A program made the translations under genes and the position numbers. The notes below the pieces were generated by a model. That model was not told where the DNA came from, searched no databases, and saw only the letters and a list, made by a program, of their open reading frames with translations. From Azolla caroliniana (taxonomy: Eukaryota; Plantae; Polypodiophyta), in NCBI GenBank assembly GCA_043228905.1, contig JBHGNT010000045.1:143944-207943 (forward strand): a stretch of 64,000 nt of DNA, in the 5' to 3' direction. Shown here one piece after another: positions 55,293 to 64,000 of this stretch. How positions within the stretch are numbered: position 1 is the first letter of the stretch; each line of letters opens with the position of its first letter.

Positions 55293-57968
55293 ATAGGGAA
55301 TTCAAAAATGAAGATTTTGAAACTCAGGTCGAGAGACATGAAGAAATAAGCAAATTTGAGGAGGGACTTGAGAAGAGTCCGTGAGTAAATAAAAATGGTC
55401 ATACCTGGCTCGTGTGATATCTGATTTTTGTGTTCAAACATGCTAATCGAAGCTAACAACGCTAGCTATGATACGGAATTCTAAAATCTAGATTTTGAAA
55501 CTTAGGTCGAGAGACAAGAAGAAATTAGCAACTTTGAGGAGGGACTTGAGAAGAGGACGTGAGTAAATAAAAATGGTCATACCTGGCTCTTGTGATATCG
55601 GATTTTTGTGTTCAAAATACGAAACGAAACTAACAACGCTAGGTATGATATGGAATTTAAAAATCAAGATTTGAAATTCAGGTCGAGAGACATGACGAAA
55701 TTAGCAAATTTCAGGAGGGACTTGAGAAGAGCCCGTGAGTAAATTAAAATGGTCGTACATGGCTCGTGTGATATCGGATATTTGTGCTCAAACATGCGAA
55801 TCGAAACTAACAACGCTAGCTATGATATGGAATTAAAAAATCAAGATTTTGAAACTCAGGTCGAGAGAGATGAAGAAATTAGCAAATTTGACGACGGACA
55901 TGAGAAGACTCCGTGAGTAAATTAAAATGGTCATACCTGGGTTGTGTTATATCTGATTTTTGTGTTCAAACATACGAATCGAAGCTAACAACGCTAGGTA
56001 TGATATAGAACTAAAAAATCAAGATTTTGAAACTCAAGTCGAGAGACATAAAGAAATTAGCAAATTTGATGACGGACATGAGAAAACGCAATCAGTAAAT
56101 TAAAATGGTCATACCTGGGTTGTGTTATATCGGATTTTTGGGTTCAGACATGCGAATCGAAGCTAACAACGCTAGGTATGATATAGAACTAAAAAATCAA
56201 GATTTTGAAACTGAGGTCGAGAGACATGAAGAAATTAGCAAATTTGAGGACGGCCATGAGAAGAGCCCGTGAGTAAATTAAAATGGTCATACCTGGCTCG
56301 TGTGATATCGGATTTTTGTGTTCAAACATGCGAATCGAAGCTAACAACGCTAGCAATGATATGGAATTAAAAAATCAAGATTTTGAAACTCAGGTCGAGA
56401 GACATGAAAAATTAGCAAATTTGAGGAGGGACTTGAGAAGAGGACGTGAGTAAATTAAAATGGTCATACCTGGCTCGTGTGATATCGGATATTTGTGTTC
56501 AAATATGCGAATCGAAGCTAACAACGCTAGCTATGATATAGAATTAAGAAATCAAGATTTTGAAACTCAGGTCGAGAGACAAGAAGAAATTAGCAAATTT
56601 GAGGACGGACATGAGAAGACGCAATGAGTAAATTAAAATGGTTGAGAGACATGAAGAAAATTGCACATTTAAAGAGGGATTTGAGAAGAGCCCGTGAGTA
56701 AATTAAAATGGTCATACATGGCTCGTGTGATATCGTATATTTGTGTTCAAACATGCGAATCGAAATTAACAACACTAGCTATGATATGGAATTAAAAAAT
56801 GAAGATTTTGAAACTCAGGTCGAGAGACATAAAGAAATTAGCAAATTTGACGACGGACATGAGAAGACGCAATGAGTAAATTAAAATGGTCATACCTGGG
56901 TCGTGTTATATCGGATTTTTGTGTTCAGACATGCGAATCGAAGCTAACAACACTAGCTATGATATAGAACTAAAAAATCAAGATTTTGAAAATCAGGTCG
57001 AGAGACATGAAGAAATTAGCAAATTTGAGGACGGCCATGAGAAGAGCCCGTGAGTAAATTAAAATGGTCATACATGGCTCGTGTGAAATCGGATTTTTGT
57101 GTTCAAACGTGCGTATCGAAGCTAACAACGCTAGCTATGATATAGAACTAAAAAATCAAGATTTTGAAACTCAGGTCAAGAGACATTCAGAAAATAGCAA
57201 ATTTGAAGAGGGACTTGAGAAGAGCCCGTGAGTAAATTAAAATGGTCATACATGGCTCGTGTGATATCGGATATTTGTGCTCAAACATGCGAATCGAAAC
57301 TAACAAAGCTAGCTATGATATGGAATTAAAAAATCAAGATTTTGAAATTCAGGTCGAGAGAGATGAAGAAATTAGCAAATTTGACGACGGACATGAGAAG
57401 ACTCCGTGAGTAAATTAAAATGGTCATACCTGGCTTGTGTTATATCGGATTTCTGTGTTCAAACATGCGAATCGAAGCTAACAACGCTAGGTATGATATA
57501 GAACTAAAAAATCAAGATTTTGACACTCAGGTCGAGAGACATGAAGAAATTAGCAAATTTGAGGACGGCCATGAGAAGAGCCCGTGAGTAAATTAAAATG
57601 GTTATACATGGCTCGTGTGATATCGGATTTTTGTGTTCAAACATGCGAATCGAAGCTAACAACGCTAGCTATGATATAGAACTAAAAAATCAAGATTTTG
57701 AAACTCAGGTCGAGAGACATGAAGAAAATAGCAAATTTGAAGAGGGACTTGAGAAGAGCCCGTGAGTAAAGAAAAATGGTCATACCTCGCTCGTGTGATA
57801 TCGGATTTTTGTGGTCAAACATGCGAATCGAAGCTAACAACGCTAGCTATGATATGGAATTTAAAAATCAAGATTTGAAGCTCAGGTCGACAGACATGAC
57901 GAAATTAGCAAATTTCAGGAGGTACTTGAGAAGAGCCCATGAGTAAATTAAAATGGTCATACCTGGCT
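55293..57968. repeat. Subfamily A block 4 (copy of block 3, offset 9488)
   Basis: Same junction and private variants as 45805-48480. Identical ORF translations at 45681/55169 and 47102/56590. Confidence 0.92.
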
Positions 57969-60900
57969 CCTGTGATATCGGATTTTTGTGTTAAAACATG
58001 CGAATCGAAGCTAACAACGCTACCTGTGTTACACAATTAAAAAATCAAGATTTCGAAACTCAGGTCGAGAGACATGACGAAATTAGCAAAATTGAGGAGG
58101 GACTTGAGAAGAGCCCGTAAGTAAATTAAAATGGTCATACCTGGGTCCTCTGATATCGGATTTTTGTGTTAAAACATGCGAGTCGAAGCTAACAACGCTA
58201 GCTACGCTACACATTTAAAAAATCAAGATTTTGAAACTCAGGTTGAGAGACATGACGAAATTAGCAAAATTGAGGAGGGACTTGAGAAGAGCCCGTGAGT
58301 AAATTAAAATGGTCATACCTAGCTCCTCTGATATCGGATTTTTGTGTTAAAACATGCGAATCGAACCTAACAACGCTAGCTATGCTACACAATTAAAAAA
58401 TCAAGATTTTGAAACTCAGGTAGAGAGACATGAAGAATTTAGCAAAATTGAGGAGGGACTTGTGAAGAGCCCGTGAGTAAATTAAAATGGTCATACCTGG
58501 CTCCTGTGATATCGGATTTTTGTGTTCAAACATGCGAGTCGAAGCTAACAACGCTAGCTGTGCTACACAATTAAAAAATTAAGATTTTTAAACTCAGGTC
58601 GAGAGACATGAAGAAATTAGCAAAATTGAGGAGGGACTTGAGAAGAGCCCGTGAGTAAATTAAAATGGTCATACCTGGCTCCTGTGATATCGGATTTTTG
58701 TGTTCAAACATCCGAATCGAAGCTAACAACGCTAGCTATGCTACACAATTAAATAATCAAGATTTTGAAACTCAGGTAGACAGACATGAAGAAAGTAGCA
58801 AAATTGAGGAGGGACTTGAGAAGAGCCCGTGAGTAAATTAAAATGGTCATACCTGGCTCCTCTGATATCGGATTTTTGTGTTAAAACATGCGAGTCGAAG
58901 CTAACAACGCTAGCTGTGCTACACAATTAAAAAATTAAGATTTTTAAACTCAGGTCGAGAGACATGAAGAAATTAGCAAAATTGAGGAGGGACTTGAGAA
59001 GAGCCCGTGAGTAAATTAAAATGGTCATACCTAGCCCCTGTGATATCGGATTTTTGTGTTCAAACATGCGAGTCGAAGCTAACAACGCTAGCTGTGCTAC
59101 ACAATTAAAAAATTAAGATTTCTAAACTGAGGTCGAGAGACATGAAGAAATTAGCAAAATTGAGGAGGGACTTGAGAAGAGCCCGTGAGTAAATTAAAAT
59201 GGTCATACCTGGCTCCTCTGATATCGGATTTTTATGTTCAAACAACCGAATCGAAGCTAACAACGCTAGCTATGCTACACAATTAAAAAATCAAGATTTT
59301 GAAACTCAGGTAGAGAGACATGAAGAATTTAGCAAAATTGAGGAGGGACTTGTTAAGAGCCCGTGAGTAAATTAAAATGGTCATACCTGGCTCCTGTGAT
59401 ATCGGATTTTTGTGTTCAAACATGCGAGTCGAAGCTAACAACGCTAGCTGTGCTACACAATTAAAAAATTAAGATTTTTAAACTTAGGTCGAGAGACATG
59501 AAGAAATTAGCAAAATTGAGGAGGGGACTTGAGAAGAGCCCGTGAGTAAATTAAAATGGTCATACCTAGCCCCTGTGATATCGGATTTTTGTGTTCAAAC
59601 ATGCGAGTCGAAGCTAACAACGCTAGCTGTGCTACACAATTAAAAAATTAAGATTTTTAAACTCAGGTCGAGAGACATGAAGAAATTAGCAAAATTGAGG
59701 AAGGACTTGAGAAGAGCCCGTGAGTAAATTAAAATGGTCATACCTGGCTCCTGTGATATCGGATTTTTGTGTTCAAACATCCGAATCGAAGCTAACAACG
59801 CTAGCTATGCTACACAATTAAAAAATCAAGATTTTGAAACTCAGGTAGACAGACATGAAGAAAGTAGCAAAATTCAGGAGGGACTTGAGAAGAGCCAGTG
59901 AGTAAATTAAAATGGTCATACCTGGCTCCTCTGATATCGGATTTTTGTGTTAAAACATGCAAATCGAACCTAACAACGCTAGCTACGCTACACAATTAAA
60001 AAATCAAGATTTTGAAACTCAGGTCGAGAGACATGACAAAATTAGCAAAATTGAGGAGGGACTTGAGAAGAGCCCGTGAGTAAATTAAAATGGTCATACC
60101 TGGCTCCTGTGATATCGGATTTTTATGTTCAAACATCCGAATCGAAGCTAACAACGCTAGCTATGTTACACAATTAAAAAATCAGGATTTTGAAACTCAG
60201 GTAGAGAGACATGAAGAATTTAGCAAAATTGAGGAGGGACTTGTGAAGAGCCCGTGAGTAAATTAAAATGGTCATACCTAGCCCCTGTGATATCGGATTT
60301 TTGTGTTCAAACATGCAAATCGAACCTAACAACGCTAGCTACGCTACACAATTAAAAAATTAAGATTTTTAAACTTAGGTCGAGAGACATGAAGAAATTA
60401 GCAAAATTGAGGAGGGGACTTGAGAAGAGCCCGTGAGTAAATTAAAATGGTCATACCTAGCCCCTGTGATATCGGATTTTTGTGTTCAAACATGCGAGTC
60501 GAAGCTAACAACGCTAGCTGTGCTACACAATTAAAAAATTAAGATTTTTAAACTTAGGTCGAGAGACATGAAGAAATTAGCAAAATTGAGGAGGGGACTT
60601 GAGAAGAGCCCGTGAGTAAATTAAAATGGTCATACCTGGCTCCTGTGATATCGGATTTTTGTGTTCAAACATCCGAATCGAAGCTAACAACGCTAGCTAT
60701 GCTACACAATTAAAAAATCAAGATTTTGAAACTCAGTTAGACAGACATGAAGAAAGTAGCAAAATTCAGGAGGGACTTGAGAAGAGCCCGTGAGTAAATT
60801 AAAATGGTCATACCTGGCTCCTCTGATATCGGATTTTTGTGTTAAAACATGCAAATCGAACCTAACAACGCTAGCTACGCTACACAATTAAAAAATCAAG

Positions 60901-63900
60901 ATTTTGAAACTCAGGTCGAGAGACATGACAAAATTAGCAAAATTCAGGAGGGACTTGAGAAGAGCCCGTGAGTAAATTAAAATGGTCATACCTGGCTCCG
61001 CTGATATCGGATTTTTGTGTTCAAACATGCGAGTCGAAGCTAACAACGCTAGCTGTGCTACACAATTAAAAAATCAAGATTTTGAAACTCAGGTAGACAG
61101 ACATGAAGAAAGTAGCAAAATTCAGGAGGGACTTGAGAAGAGCCCGTGAGTAAATTAAAATGGTCATACCTGGCTCCTCTGATATCGGATTTTTGTGTTC
61201 AAACATGCAAGTCGAAGCTAACAACGCTAGCTGTGCTACACAATTAAAAAATTAAGATTTTTAAACTTAGGTCGAGAGACATGAAGAAATTAGCAAAATT
61301 GAGGAGGGGACTTGAGAAGAGCCCGTGAGTAACTTAAAATGGTCATACCTGGCTCCTGTGATATCGGATATTTGTGTTCAAACATCCGAATCGAAGCTAA
61401 CAACGCTAGCTATGCTACACAATTAAAAAATCAAGATTTTGAAACTCAGTTAGACAGACATGAAGAAAGTAGCAAAATTCAGGAGGGACTTGAGAAGAGC
61501 CCGTGAGTAAATTAAAATGGTCATACCTGGCTCCTCTGATATCGGATTTTTGTGTTAAAACATGCAAATCGAACCTAACAACGCTAGCTACGCTACACAA
61601 TTAAAAAATCAAGATTTTGAAACTCAGGTCGAGAGACATGACAAAATTAGCAAAATTCAGGAGGGACTTGAGAAGAGCCCGTGAGTAAATTAAAATGGTC
61701 ATACCTGGCTCCGCTGATATCGGATTTTTGTGTTCAAACATGCGAGTCGAAGCTAACAACGCTAGCTGTGCTACACAATTAAAAAATCAAGATTTTGAAA
61801 CTCAGGTAGACAGACATGAAGAAAGTAGCAAAATTCAGGAGGGACTTGAGAAGAGCCCGTGAGTAAATTAAAATGGTCATACCTGGCTCCTCTGATATCG
61901 GATTTTTGTGTTAAAACATGCAAATCGAACCTAACAACGCTAGCTACGCTACACAATTAAAAAATCAAGATTTTGAAACTCAGGTCGAGAGACATGACGA
62001 AATTAGCAAAATTCAGGAGGGACTTGAGAAGAGCCCGTGAGTAAATTAAAATGGTCATACCTGGCTCCTGTGATATCGGATTTTTATGTTCAAACATCCG
62101 AATCGAAGCTAACAACGCTAGCTATGTTACACAATTAAAAAATCAGGATTTTGAAACTCAGGTAGAGAGACATGAAGAATTTAGCAAAATTGAGGAGGGA
62201 CTTGTGAAGAGCCCGTGAGTAAATTAAAATGGTCATACCTAGCCCCTGTGATATCGGATTTTTGTGTTCAAACATGCGAGTCGAAGCTAACAACGCTAGC
62301 TGTGCTACACAATTAAAAAATTAAGATTTCTAAACTGAGGTCGAGAGACATGAAGAAATTAGCAAAATTGAGGAGGGACTTGAGAAGAGCCCGTGAGTAA
62401 ATTAAAATGGTCATACCTGGCTCCTGTGATATCGGATTTTTGTGTTCAAACATCCGAATCGAAGCTAACAACGCTAGCTATGCTACACAATTAAAAAATC
62501 AAGATTTTGAAACTCAGGTAGAGAGACATGAAGAATTTAGCAAAATTGAGGAGGGACTTGTGAAGAGCCCGTGAGTAAATTAAAATGGTCATACCTGGCT
62601 CCTGTGATATCGGATTTTTGTGTTCAAACATGCGAGTCGAAGCTAACAACGCTAGCTGTGCTACACAATTAAAAAATTAAGATTTTTAAACTTAGGTCGA
62701 GAGACATGAAGAAATTAGCAAAATTGAGGAGGGGACTTGAGAAGAGCCCGTGAGTAAATTAAAATGGTCATACCTAGCCCCTGTGATATCGGATTTTTGT
62801 GTTCAAACATGCGAGTCGAAGCTAACAACGCTAGCTGTGCTACACAATTAAAAAATTAAGATTTTTAAACTCAGGTCGAGAGACATGAAGAAATTAGCAA
62901 AATTGAGGAGGGACTTGAGAAGAGCCCGTGAGTAAATTAAAATGGTCATACCTAGCCCCTGTGATATCGGATTTTTGTGTTCAAACATGCGAGTCGAAGC
63001 TAACAACGCTAGCTGTGCTACACAATTAAAAAATTAAGATTTCTAAACTGAGGTCAAGAGACATGAAGAAATTAGCAAAATTGAGGAGGGACTTGAGAAG
63101 AGCCCGTGAGTAAATTAAAATGGTCATACCTGGCTCCTCTGATATCGGATTTTTATGTTCAAACAACCGAATCGAAGCTAACAACGCTAGCTATGCTACA
63201 CAATTAAAAAATCAAGATTTTGAAACTCAGGTAGAGAGACATGAAGAATTTAGCAAAATTGAGGAGGGACTTGTCAAGAGCCCGTGAGTAAATTAAAATG
63301 GTCATACCTGGCTCCTGTGATATCGGATTTTTGTGTTCAAACATGCGAGTCGAAGCTAACAACGCTAGCTGTGCTACACAATTAAAAAATTAAGATTTTT
63401 AAACTTAGGTCGAGAGACATGAAGAAATTAGCAAAATTGAGGAGGGGACTTGAGAAGAGCCCGTGAGTAAATTAAAATGGTCATACCTAGCCCCTGTGAT
63501 ATCGGATTTTTGTGTTCAAACATGCGAGTCGAAGCTAACAACGCTAGCTGTGCTACACAATTAAAAAATTAAGATTTTTAAACTCAGGTCGAGAGACATG
63601 AAGAAATTAGCAAAATTGAGGAAGGACTTGAGAAGAGCCCGTGAGTAAATTAAAATGGTCATACCTGGCTCCTGTGATATCGGATTTTTGTGTTCAAACA
63701 TCCGAATCGAAGCTAACAACGCTAGCTATGCTACACAATTAAAAAATCAAGATTTTGAAACTCAGGTAGACAGACATGAAGAAAGTAGCAAAATTCAGGA
63801 GGGACTTGAGAAGAGCCCGTGAGTAAATTAAAATGGTCATACCTGGCTCCTCTGATATCGGATTTTTGTGTTAAAACATGCAAATCGAACCTAACAACGC

Positions 63901-64000
63901 TAGCTACGCTACACAATTAAAAAATCAAGATTTTGAAACTCAGGTCGAGAGACATGACAAAATTAGCAAAATTGAGGAGGGACTTGAGAAGAGCCCGTGT
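57969..64000. repeat. Subfamily B block 4, enriched in 179-bp (GAGGAGGGG) monomers
   Basis: B diagnostics; extra G near 59525, 60415, 60595, 61308, 62733 and 63446. Confidence 0.88.
58900..64000. repeat. Duplication with offset 3921: ~58900-60078 matches ~62820-64000 (runs off the window)
   Basis: AACAACCGAATC (59241/63162), GAGGAAGGAC (~59697/~63618) and ORFs 59810/63731. 3921 = 22x178 + 5 single-G insertions. Confidence 0.85.

Larger units (their letters stand above)
39435..58893. repeat. Large imperfect tandem duplication: ~39435-41807 matches ~48568-50940 (offset 9133) and ~42470-49405 matches ~51958-58893 (offset 9488)
   Basis: ORF pairs 40120/49253, 40921/50054 and 41277/50410 (9133); 43188/52676, 44969/54457, 45681/55169, 47102/56590 and 49253/58741 (9488). 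Private GACAGGAAG at ~41675/~50808. Confidence 0.9.
1..64000. repeat. 178-bp tandem satellite array, about 360 monomers, single orientation, no interruptions seen
   Basis: The motifs TCAAGATTTTGAAACTCAGG, GAGAAGAGCCCGTGAGTAAATTAAAATGGTCATACC and GAAGCTAACAACGCTAGCT recur every 178 bp throughout. ORF-track spacings are multiples of 178 or 89 (267, 356, 712, 801, 979, 1068). Confidence 0.99.

Noticed and set aside
670-56775. 67-aa, 96-aa and other short ORFs in or near A blocks
   Set aside because: Alternative frames of the same repeat. The 96-aa ORF results from the 54-bp deletion junction.
6007-63916. Dozens of near-identical 61-aa minus-strand ORFs (MCSIASVVSF…)
   Set aside because: Each spans one monomer, begins at a non-ATG (TTG) codon, and is open only where point variants remove stop codons. 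No recognisable domain. The 178-bp period is not a multiple of 3.
1-64000. CRISPR-like array
   Set aside because: There are no unique spacers, the entire unit is repeated, and no cas genes are present.
1-64000. 5S rDNA, tRNA, snRNA tandem array, telomeric repeats, transposon insertions or inversions
   Set aside because: No such motifs were seen, and all sequence read matches the monomer in one orientation.
63991-64000. Final base departs from consensus (CCCGTGT vs CCCGTGA)
   Set aside because: A single base at the window edge cannot distinguish a SNP from an array boundary.

Overview
The whole 64-kb window is one uninterrupted head-to-tail satellite DNA array in a single orientation. It holds roughly 360 copies of a 178-bp monomer of about 39% GC. 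Majority consensus: AATTAAAAAATCAAGATTTTGAAACTCAGGT(C/A)GAGAGACATGAAGAAATTAGCAAAATTGAGGAGGGACTTGAGAAGAGCCCGTGAGTAAATTAAAATGGTCATACCTGGCTCCTGTGATATCGGATTTTTGTGTTCAAACAT(C/G)CGAATCGAAGCTAACAACGCTAGCTATGCTACAC. The mono-nucleosome-sized unit suggests a eukaryotic (possibly plant) centromeric, pericentromeric or subtelomeric satellite, but I do not recognise the family, and it is not Arabidopsis CEN180. I find no genes, RNA genes, transposons or CRISPR arrays; every listed ORF is a chance reading frame of the repeat. The interest lies in array architecture. Two monomer subfamilies, a heterogeneous 'A' and a homogeneous 'B', occupy discrete blocks, and all four A-to-B junctions appear to descend from one event. 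Exact 89-bp half-monomers and other deletion variants have short microhomologies at their junctions. Nested, irregular duplications have offsets of 0.27-9.5 kb, and diagnostic variants turn over along the array. All coordinates and offsets were read by eye and boundaries are approximate. I found no protein-coding biological system here.
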